Part shown: positions 22,301 through 32,733 of the stretch, piece after piece
Position numbering within the stretch: the first letter of the stretch is position 1
Layout of the letters: each line of letters opens with the position of its first letter
NCBI GenBank assembly: GCA_043228905.1
Contig: JBHGNT010000007.1
Span: forward strand, 16,616,001-16,680,000
Length of the DNA: 64,000 nt
Origin: Azolla caroliniana
Lineage: Eukaryota; Plantae; Polypodiophyta
Direction: 5' to 3'
Position numbers and translations under genes: made by a program
The notes under the pieces: generated by a model
Told to the model about the DNA's origin: nothing
What the model saw: the letters and a program-made list of their open reading frames with translations, nothing else
The model's database searches: none

Positions 22301-24792
22301 CGCCGAGAGACTGATGCGGCATTGGGCCACAGACGTCCGAGTGGACCAAATCGAGAGGTCTCGTTTCTCTTGGTGCTGATGTCGGGTGTGATGCGGTTGC
22401 TTGTTTGCCATACTGGCAATGCTCGCAGAATTGATGATCGGAGAAGGAGAGTTTAGGGATGTATCCGGCTCTAGATAGATGCGTAATGCCGGCCTTGCTG
22501 AGGTGTCCTAATCTTCTGTGCCATAGTGATGACACAGGAATATCCACCAAAATAAGGTTACCCTCTCTGAGCGTAACATGTAACGGATACAGTGAGTGTA
22601 TCTTGGGTCCTCTAGCAAGCAGGAGGTTCCCCCTGTGGAGTGTCCACCCTCCCGAAGAGAAACCGGCACGAATGCCGTCTTCATCTAGTTGTCCGACTGA
22701 GATCAATGGCCTTGAGAGCTCGGGTACATGTCAGACATTGTGAAGTACAAGTGTAGAGCCACCTGCAAGGTTGAGCTCTACTGTGCCGATTCCAATGATG
22801 TCATAGTGTTGCGAGTTGCCGACTCGAACTGAGTCGGAGTGACGGATTGTATATTGCCGAAATTGGGATCGATGAGGAGTCACGTGAAATGACGCGCCCG
22901 AATCTAAGAGCCATGTGCTCGATTCTTCAGTCGTGAGTAGAACTTCTGATCCGACTGGATTTTCGATTGACAGTATATTCGGGTCGTTTGGTAGCACATC
23001 AGCTGAGAAGCTGACGTAATTGATCTCCTCATGCCGGCCACTCTTCTTGTTGTTCTTGTTCTTGAGTGCGCGGCAGTCGGCTTTGATGTGTCCGGGTTTC
23101 TTGCAATAGTTGCAGATTCGGTTATCCCGTGACTGGCTCCGTCTTCGCTGATTGTTCGGCGGTCGTGAGGAATCTCTTCCTCTTATGTTCGATCGGTCTG
23201 TCGAACCTTGTACTACATAAGCGTCGTCTGTTGAGTCTTTGGCGAAAGACTTTCTCCGAGCTGCTTCGGTCAGGATCGCGCTCGTGACTTCAGAGTATTT
23301 AACAGCCGTGGTTGACGCGTTGCACACGGTTGTGACGAAAGTTTCCCATGATGAGGGAAGGCTACTCATAAGTATCATTGCTCTGAGTTCATCCTCGATT
23401 GCCGTCCCCTGAGATGAGATTTGGGAGCTTATGCTTTCGTACTCATTGAGATGTGCTTGAACCGAATCGGATTCTTTCATCCGCAAGTTGTAGAGGCGCC
23501 GGATCAGAAACATCTTCGTTGCGGCGACCTTCTTTTCGTAAGTGTCCGACAGTGTTTTCCACAGTTCGAATGCTGTCGTACACGATTGCACCGTAAAATA
23601 TACCGATTCCGATAGGTGCATCCGAATCGTGGCGCGGACGATTCTGTCCAGCTTCTGCCACTCAATTGGTTTGTATCCTTCTGGAGGTTCTTCATTTTCG
23701 ATGGGATCGATTTGCCCCTTGACTATGAGATAGTCCTGCATTTGCTCCTTCCAGAAGTTAAAGTTCGATCCATCGAACTTTCGTAGACTCATTTCTGACG
23801 AGCCGGATGTTGATGCCATCAAATTCGGTTTCGGTTGACGAAGCTCGGTTCGGAGTTGACTACGAACCTTGTTGGAGTGCAGCCGGTTGGCTCACCCGAT
23901 ATCGTTCTAGTCGGATTTGAAACCGAGTCGGTTCGGCTTCGGATATATGTACTGTTGAACTTGCTCGAATTGACTCCGGTAACTTGAGGGACAGAACCGA
24001 CTGGTCTTCCCGAATGTTGCCGAGTCGGAGTGAGCCCGGTTCGCTTCGGATATATATGCCGAATACCGATTATTGAAACCGATTGTCTGGACCGATTCTG
24101 CTTCGGGTGACTGCAGCGACGAGAGAGACGGACGGATCCAACTGATCCTCTCGAATGTCGATCAGCCGGATGAAGCACGAATTGGGGTTGTTGTCTTGAG
24201 ACCGATCTGCACCGAGTGGTTACAATGAGCGGCGAGCAGCGTTTGTTGACCTCTTCGGATGCCGTTTAACCGAGTGGAGCACGATCGTGTCAATGTTGCG
24301 CAAGGGGATTTCACCTCGAGCGGTTACGATCACAAGGAACAGAGTACAACCTGCTGGCTTACTCCAAGCGAAAATGATCTAACGCGATGAGATGCAAGCC
24401 TCGTTTTTCTTCTTCTTCTCTCTTCTTCGAATGACGCAAGAAACCGAATGCTGAGACGACGGCCGACAGCGGGATGAAGGACCGAATACTGTGCAGGCTC
24501 TGATACCAGATGTTGTAGACAAGGTCGTCTATGCGGAAGATTAAGAAGCATTCGATTCTGTTCTGTACCTGCGTATGACAGTTTCTAGTTCGTTGCACAG
24601 AGATAGAGAGAGAGAGAGAGACACAAAACCACTTTCTTTATTCCATAAAGCAATAATACAACCCAACCTTACAAAAAGGTTACAAGGTCACTATATATAG
24701 TGACAGACTTAGGGCAACTACCCTTTATGCTAATTACACAAATGGCCTAAAGGGATAGTGTGAATACGTCCATTATACACTTGTATTCGACA
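19352..24792 (-). mobile_element. Full-length Ty1/copia element Copia-B (5.44 kb)
   Basis: 282-bp LTRs at 19352-19633 and 24511-24792 (1 difference); 5-bp TSD ccaag (19347-19351, 24793-24797); PBS 24497-24508; PPT ctccccc at 19634. Confidence 0.97.
19826..23822 (-). pseudogene. Copia-B gag-pol with one premature stop (22731-22733) and one frameshifting deletion (about 20608)
   Basis: ORFs 22731-23822 (gag, PR), 20448-22706 (INT, RT) and 19826-20608 (RT end, RNase H: TDSDFAG, KHIDVRYHF). Confidence 0.92.
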
Positions 24793-24797
24793 CCAAG

Positions 24798-26894
24798 GTC
24801 AATGCAATTCAAAATATGCAAGAGGAATGTACATCCATCTCAGAAGTACGAAGGTTTCTGGGGGTATGTGTTTTTTACTGTAAATGGATTCCGCATTATG
24901 CCCATTTATCTGAACCTTTATATAGACTCCTAAGAAAAGGAGAGACATTTGAATGGAGTGAAGAGCATTCAGAGGCAATGAAGAAATTGAAGTACTACTT
25001 GGCACAAGCTCCACCATTAAAGCAACCAGACTACACCCGGCCCATATATCTCACAGTAGACTCTAGTCCCAATGGAATTGGATGGGTGATAAGCCAACAA
25101 GATAGGGAAGAAAGGTATCCAGTCCGATTCGGGGCAAAGGTTCTTAGTGGTCGACAAAGAAAATATGCACAGGTGAAAAGAGAGCTATGGGGGATAGTAA
25201 CAGCTGTAAAGACAGACATAGATTACTTAATTGGTGCTAAAGTAATAATAGCAACAGATTGTTTGGCTATTCTGGGTATCATAGCTAATTGTGATATTCC
25301 AGATCAAGCCATGTTAAGATGGTGTATCTATATTAGATCAATCAACCCTGAAGTTCGACATATCTCTGGGAATAGAAATGCAGTAGCAGATATGTTATCA
25401 AGAGCAAGGTATGAGGAAGAGGAGATTCTAGACTCGGACGATGAGGAAAAAGAACAAACAGTCCTTACCACAAGCATTACTCGGGAAGGAGGAATGCAGT
25501 TTCTAGAAGAGGAGTATGAAGAAGAATTCAAGGAAATAGGGAAATACCTACAAACCCCTGACAAGTACAAAGGTCGATCTGGAAAAGAGTTCGCACAGTT
25601 TCGCAAGAAAGCCCATAAGCTCTTCCTGCATGAAGGATATCTATGGCGACATCCAAAAACCAAGACTGGAAACCTGCAAAGAGTAATAGGTTCTGAAGGG
25701 CAAAGAAAGGAGATAATCAGAGAGCTGCATGACAAAGAATGGGCTGGTCATTGAGGAGTGTGGGCCACTTTCAGTAAGATTAAAGAACGATTTTGGTGGC
25801 CTTGATACTATGAGCAAATAAAAAAGTATGTGGAAACTTGTCCCACTTGTCAATATTATTCAAATGTAAAATTTTGTGATGAATTACACCCAACATACTC
25901 ACCGGGGGTGCATTACAAGTGGATGATAGATTTGGTAACAATGCTACTTGGAGGAGGACAAAAGAGATACTTGGTTCTTGCTAGAGAAGATCTAACAAAT
26001 CAAGTGGAAGGTCGTTCATTGCGAACAAAAGGGACATTAGGAGTATGTCATTTCATCTTGGAGGACATTGTTTGTAGATATGGACGTATCGGGAAGATAG
26101 TGGCAGATAGGGGAGAACTCAATTCTGCGGAAGCTCAAGATTTTTTCGACAAAATAGGAATTCGGCTTTCTTTGACAACGGCATACAATCCAGAAGCTAA
26201 TGGAAAGGTAGAAAGGGGACATGGGCCAATAGTCAAAGCTTTGGCAAAGGGATGTAGAGGATGGGTTAGTGATTGGCCAAAAACCTTACCCTATGCACTA
26301 TGGGCTGATAGGACAACTCACAGCACTGTTACTGGATATATGCCTGCAGAATTAATCACAGGACAGAAGCCAATAATGCCAATTGAAGAAAAGATAACTA
26401 CATGGGCTGTGTTGCCTTGGGAATCGGAAATGAGTAGGGAAGATTTACTTGCAGTTCGAATACGACAACTTCAATCAAGGATAGAAGACATAGAAAAAGC
26501 AGCTACTAGATTGAAAGAGGCAAGAATCAAGAATAAGGACAGATTTGACAAGATGAAAAGAATACGACCAAGAAAGGTGCAAGAGGGAGATTGGGTATTA
26601 GTATATGATAATACCCTAGATAATCAATATAGTAATATTCGGAAGTTTGCAAAAAGATGGTTTGGACCTTATGAAGTTAGGAAAATAACAGATAAAGCCA
26701 CATATTTCCTCAATGAATTAGATGGGACCGAAATTCGTATCCCAATTGCAGGAAAAAGGATTAAAATATTTAAGAGGAGGGAGTCATTAGAGCCTGAATT
26801 TTATGAAGAAGTAGAAGAACTAAAAGAATCGGAAGAAGTGTTGCATGAACTCTGCACAACCAATGTGCAAGTTCAGAGGGGGTGGGTGTCGTGA
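24798..26894 (+). pseudogene. G2 pol part 2 (RNase H, integrase), with two CGA>TGA-type stops
   Basis: ORFs 24816-25754 and 25830-26894; ADRGE, AYNPEANGKVERGH and WFGPY motifs; no chromodomain. Confidence 0.9.
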
Positions 26895-27774
26895 AGAATG
26901 TGCTTCACGATATAAAAATGAGCTTAAATGTTGTATTTAATAATATTTGAGAGACTTGAACCCACATCCTTATATACGATGTACAATGTACATACCACTA
27001 GGCTAAGCTATTTATTTGTAAAAGTGTGTAATAAATGTGCTTCATGATATAAGAATGAAGCTATATATTGTATTAAGTAAAATTGAGGGACTTGAACCCT
27101 CAACCTTGTATACCAAGCACCAAGCATACACCACTAAGCTAGGTTAGTTATTTTAGAATGCATTTTGATCATTATAATTATCTCATATCTATTTTCATAC
27201 ATAGCCATCATTCATCACATGCAATGCATGTGCGCCAAATGGCGATCATGCATTACATGTAACTCATGCATTGCATGCATGCCATGCTCCCATACATTAC
27301 CATATGCATGGCAACACTTATATAAAGAGGGGAAAGGGAAAACAAGGAGGGGAATCAAGAGAAAGTTAGAGAAATAAGATAATAAAAAAAACAAACAAGT
27401 TAGCTTGTTGGTGAAGAGGCTCGTGTTTCCAAGTTGGAGTCAAGAGTTCGAATCAAGGGTCGGTAGAGAAAGGGTTCATATTGCTACCAAACATTGTAAA
27501 GTTGGTAAAATCTTGTATTCGTAATATACATCATGTTCATATCATATACTTTTTTGTCTTAAATCATACTTTGTCTCTATCTTGCGTCTTGAATCATACA
27601 TTGCCTCTATCTTGTATCTATACTAGTCTCTCTCTCACACATATTACTTTAAACTATTATTCTTCATATCCTTTATCTTCCTAACATTTGCGCACAAGCC
27701 TTATAAAAGTTCCTTCAACTCCCCTTAACCTTAGTCCCTGCGACTTTGCCGCACGAACCACAACTACCCCGACA
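26887..27774 (+). repeat. G2 3' LTR
   Basis: Direct repeat of 14970-15857. Confidence 0.95.
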
Positions 27775-28488
27775 ACGTTGATAGCGAAGAACTATTTCAA
27801 CGGCCTCTTCGAAGGATTTTGGATCCTTATCGTGCACTATCCAGTGATAGTCCGAATTGGGGATGCCATTTACAAAACAAGCTATCAACCAATTGTCCCC
27901 TTCTAGACCCGATTTTTGGATTTGGGTTCTAGCATGGTGAACATAGTCTTCTAGCGAGGAAAATTTCCTGCTAGAGAGGTTCATTAAAGCTTGTGCTGCC
28001 TCGGTTCGAGAGGGAGGTTGCAGAAATTGGCCCTTAAAAACCGTGACAAAATCTGTCCAGGTATCGGGCAATTTCCCCATAGTACGGAGCCCACGCCACC
28101 AGGTAGCGGCCTTACCCCCGAGTTCTCGGCCGACATATGCAATCTTCGTACTATCTGGCGTGGGATAGAGCTCAAAATGAGACTCCCATCGTCCTAGCCA
28201 TGTGCAGATTGCTTCTTCGGTTCTTTCCTTTTTGTCTCCCGTAAATGGCTTAACGACAAATGATGGTTCACCTTGTCGCTCATCAGGTCTATTAGTCTCA
28301 CGTTGTAGACTAATGACACGTGCCTCGAGAGCACTTTGAGATTGCCGAAGTTCGGTCATCTGTTGAGCGGTGAAACTAAGGTATTGGGTTATTTGTGCCA
28401 AATACATCTCAGTGGACATTTGTCCAAGAGGATTCCCTTGAGTTTCTTCCGCTTGAGCGGATGACATCGGGTCGTTAATTTGAGCCAT
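27775..28488 (-). pseudogene. T1 gag N-terminal part (retrotransposon gag domain)
   Basis: PFTGD...W..RWESHF...AATWW; homologous to T2 gag at 32734-33460; continues in frame at 14969 after removing G2. Confidence 0.85.
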
Positions 28489-28603
28489 TAAAGATTATTT
28501 CTGGAAAAGAAATAGGAGAAGGTCAGAGAGATAGTCATAACATCATGTCGTGATGTAAACATATCATGGGCAAACATTAATCGATATCATGATCTCACGT
28601 CAA

Positions 28604-28751
28604 TACCCCTCTAGACGTATGAGATGAGGTTCAAGATCAGGTTACTATGGTAACACAAAGGTGTTTTAAAAACCATGGGGGTGACAAATAAATGTCTTTC
28701 CCTGATCTCTATATCGATTTTTTCATGGTGGCTCCCCAAGGCTCAACCATG
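28604..28751 (-). ncRNA. Conserved structured element in T1 leader (homologue at 33578-33729)
   Basis: Only alignable non-coding block between the T1 and T2 leaders; long stem with compensatory changes. Confidence 0.55.
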
Positions 28752-29669
28752 TATGTTCGCGTCATGAATAGTTTATACACGAAAAAAATGTTAACAATAA
28801 ACTATGTTTCGGTGCCCACATATGTGGTTTCGGCTCTTTAAGTCCTATTACGAGGACCCCGAGGTGCACTCAGACCTTAAGTCTAAACATGTGTTATAGT
28901 CATATGTATCAAGGATGTTGTATGGTCTTGGTCATATTTGAACTCGAGACCTCGAGAACAAATACATTAAACACTTGAGCCAACCAAGTAAGTTGCTCTT
29001 CTTGAATGCTTAATGTTTGATGCGTATAAGAGATATGCGAGATCATATATGTTTTTTTTTCAAAGAACATATATGTCAAGGGTCCTTATTTCGCCCTCAT
29101 TTACCAAAACTATGTTGGTACGTTACCTAACCTCAAGTCTCGTAATTACGATGGCATACGCCAAAGTGCAACCTAATGGTCAAGCCAAATGAGCCCTCGT
29201 TTCGTAGTAGGCTCACGTGGGCCATCACATGGTCACGTCATTACGAATGCCTCTCGTAAGAACGAGCTCATGGTGGCATCGTATCCATGTAACGAGGGAG
29301 GGCTGTTGGATACGTGCGTCATTGGAGCGACCTCACTTGAAGTGGGTCAAGCCCTACGTACTCAACATCATTATGGCTATTGGCGTTTCTTTACGTAACG
29401 AAATCGAGGTCATCAACGGGGTTATCAACAATAAAAAATTGTTGAAAAAGGGATGGTGACAACGCCATTCTCACAAAAATGTGAGGACGGCCACCAACAT
29501 CCTTTTCCCGACCAGGACAACTTTCGACATAATCATGTAATAACGAATATACACATATGTTTACTTTTCACATATATACGATCAAATACGTATATATGTG
29601 ACCACATATGCCTATATTAAACATATCGTTATATTAAATAGCCACAAATGATGTGATCGAGATACGTAA

Positions 29670-29922
29670 TCGAGGTATATACCTCTACGCACACGAAACA
29701 TCCACAAATAAGAGATCATTGTAATACGCAATTGAGGTATTGACCTCTTACGGATACGAGACCAACCGCATATCGTTTACAACAAATCAAGGTATTAAAC
29801 TCATACGCAAATGTAACATATGTTCGTGAACGTAATACGTAATTGAGGTATTAACCTCGTACGCATACGACACTCATCACATATTATTAATATGTCAAAC
29901 GAGGTATTGACCTCGTGCACAT
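29670..29922. repeat. Degenerate ~57-bp tandem repeat (5 units) with GAGGT-N4-ACCTC hairpin core
   Basis: gaggtat(t)(g/a)acctc...acgcatacga recurring near 29671, 29733, 29789, 29844 and 29900. Confidence 0.7.
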
Positions 29923-30171
29923 ATGTAAACGTTTTAGATAATCAATTAAAGACCACTACAACATCATTGACTTAATGAAAAAAATTGACATATAAACTAA
30001 ACACATGATTAGATGGGAGAAGAGAGAATAGAAAAAAAATTCTGGAAAGAGTTACCGAAGTTCTTTGTTGATCGTTGTCTGGATCAAGGCCGACTGCACA
30101 TCGATCGATCAACATCAATCAAAAGACAAATGAAAAACAAAGAAACATTAGTACGTAAATCTGATACCAAA

Positions 30172-30626
30172 TATTATAGATCTTACTACTAAAGTAAGCT
30201 TAAGATAAGGATAAAGTAATGATAGATAGAAAGGAGAAAGAGAAAGAAGGGTGCCGATCCACCCGACCACCCCCGAGCGAAGGGATCAAGATGGACTCGA
30301 GCCTCGATCGGCGTCCCATACCACCGTCGTGGCGTCGAGTCGTACCTGGTGCTGGCGCGCTCGCTACAAGAGTTGACCCACCACACGAGCAGAGTCTCGA
30401 TGTAGTCAAAAGATGATCAAATGAGGGTAGCTAGGCCTCTTATTTATAGCGATACCCAAGGCCCCCAGGCAAGTTCACACTTGACCTAATGGGTTGTCTC
30501 AATCCCGAGGATTAAAAGTAATCCTCCCCTTCTTTACACTCTCGTTTAACCCTCACACTTATCCACGTGTATAGAATACTACGGTAAATTCTCACCACGG
30601 GATATTATATGGTCATGCCCGTAACA
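30172..30626 (-). repeat. T1 5' LTR
   Basis: Repeat of 10802-11256; adjacent PBS tctgatacca; boundary confirmed by the homologous LTR at 59623. Confidence 0.88.
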
Positions 30627-32733
30627 CGTTTGCCAAATTTTCCTCTATGTAGGCTCGAAGAACTTCAACCTTGGTTGGTGACAAGTTGTAGATCGGTCCC
30701 CACAATGGCTCTTTTCCTGGTTGTAAATCAATGGGACAATCATACGATCGATGGTGAGGAAGAGTACTAGCTTTTACCTTACCAAAAACATCGGCATAAT
30801 GATGATACTTCTTTGGAAGTTGAATTGTTGACCCTTCCTTAGCGGTGTTCGAAGGTTTCACTGATAATGCGAATACAAACATTAATTCCTTGCATCCTTC
30901 CTCATGCAATTAATGTAACGAAATGGTTGAACTCTTGTGACTAGATTCTCGAGAATGTTGATACCTTATTTCTCTTGTTCTCTAATCTATGTTCGGGTTG
31001 TGTAATTTGAACCAAGGTAACCCCAAAACAATTGGATGCTCTGGACTACTAATTATATTAAATGATACCACACACGCCAAATGATTTAGGGCAACACTAA
31101 CCGTCTCTGACCCTTCTACGATATTTCCGGAAGCAATAGGGCGACCATCAATGACTACTATAGAAGCTAGGCAAGGGAGTTTTCTTAGGGATATCTGATG
31201 AGTTTGGGCAAAATTCCTATCCATGAAGCAAGAATTGGCTTCGGAATCTAGGAGTGTTAAGACATGTACTGGAGGGTTACTTTTAGTACTAATTGTTACT
31301 TGAGCTAGGAAGAAATTACTAACTTGCTTAGAGGGAATGGGACCACTAATGGGCTACACATATCTAGGGTTGTCCAACCTAACAACTCCTATTTTGGCTG
31401 AACTTAGTCGTTTAACTCTTCTTCTAGTTGACTGAGGACTTCAAATTTGTTTGATAGGCTTGGGCTATTAGAACTATCAGACACTCCTAATGAAATGGAC
31501 TCAGGTTTAGTACTAGCGGCTATTTGATTTACTTGTCTTCTTGGCCTATGAGGACAGTTCACTGCAATATGCCCCAGTCCACCGCAATAAAGACATAGTC
31601 GATTTTCTCGGTGTCGTTGCTTTTCCTCTTCCGATAATGGGCCATGACGACGTGTGGTGTCGTTTCGAACGTCGTTCAAAAAATCTGTTATCGCAACGTA
31701 CTACTCGACTGATTGCCTCTATCAGCGATTTTGGTTCTTCGGGGAAAGTCAAGAGTAAATCTTTGATATCATTTCGCAAGCCATATCGAAATTGCTCCGT
31801 CAATGCTAGGTCATCCCAAGGAATATCGACGGCGAGTAGACGGAAATCCGAAGCATAAGTTGAGGTTGGACGATCACCTTGATGCAATCTTCGAAATTTA
31901 TTGATTGTCGTCCTAACTCTATCAGTGTCCCAAAAATAGGCTTTAAAGTCGTTAATAAATTCCTCAAAATTATTTAACAATGGAGATCCTTGTTCTAACA
32001 AAGGAGTGAACCATGCCAAAGTTGTGCCACTAAGGAACATGCCTATTAATCCCACTCATGATGCATCGGTGGGATATCGGGAAGGATGCATTTGAATCAC
32101 AAGACGTACCTGATTAAGGAATCCTTTGAATTGTGATCGTGTTCCATCAAATTTTGTAGGAAGACCGATCTTGGGTTCTTTATGAATTCCTTGAGTAGTT
32201 GGTCCCTATTGTTGCAATGACGCAATGGTTGCTTCAAGTTGTTGCACATGTAATGCCAACTCTCTTTGTTGTTGTTGTGTTTGCTGCTTCTCTAGAGAGA
32301 TTTGTTGAAGATCCCCCAACAACCGTTGATTTTCTTGGTCTAGTACTAAAAACTTTTCTTTTAGGCACTGCAGCTTCGAGAAGATAGATTGGTATTCTTG
32401 AGCGCTAACAGTTTCCATAGAATTGGAGGAAGGAAGGATAAGAAGATTTGTATGAAGGGAATGAGGGAGACGAAGATGAGGGAAATTTGGTTCAAATTGT
32501 CAGGAATAGTACTAAAAATAGAGAGAGAATTAGTACTAGAGAAGGAAAAGTACTATGAGGATTAGTACTAAGAGGAAGGGAGTGTGTGGGACTCATGAGA
32601 GGAGAGAGAGAGAGAGAGAGTGAGAGAGAGAGAGGATGATGACAACAAGTGATATATTAAATGAAGAGAAAATACAAGAATAGTTAGGAGGCTTAAGACT
32701 GGCATTGAACCGAATTGGTTCTGAATAATGCCA
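30627..32733 (-). mobile_element. Tcn1/Tf1-like self-priming chromovirus H1 (5' part): truncated 5' LTR, gag, protease, RT start
   Basis: gag from 32418 (KFDG, CLYCGGLGHIAVNC); LLDSEAN protease; PIYNLS..LRAYIEENLAN; LTR edge at 32498. Confidence 0.85.

Larger units (their letters stand above)
14970..27774 (+). mobile_element. Full-length Ty3/gypsy element G2 (Trp-primed, 4-bp TSD), interrupted by Copia-B
   Basis: 888-bp LTRs at 14970-15857 and 26887-27774 (about 4 differences); TSD gcgt/acgt; PBS 15862-15879; PPT gagggggtggg before 26887. Confidence 0.95.
10802..30626 (-). mobile_element. Chromovirus-type Ty3/gypsy element T1 (iMet PBS), interrupted by G2
   Basis: 455-bp LTRs at 10802-11256 and 30172-30626; PBS 30160-30169; gag 27775-28488 continuing below 14969; PR-RT-RH-INT-chromodomain down to 11243. 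Confidence 0.9.

Noticed and set aside
28604-28751. Hammerhead ribozyme or retrozyme identity for the leader element
   Set aside because: The CUGANGA/GAAA catalytic core is not found in the required arrangement on either strand.
28930-28990. Further tRNA-like B-box (GAGTTCAAAT on minus) in the T1 leader
   Set aside because: A box and stems are too degenerate to distinguish from chance.
29670-29922. CRISPR-like palindromic repeat array
   Set aside because: Repeats are degenerate, spacers are related to each other, the context is a eukaryotic retrotransposon leader, and there are no cas genes.
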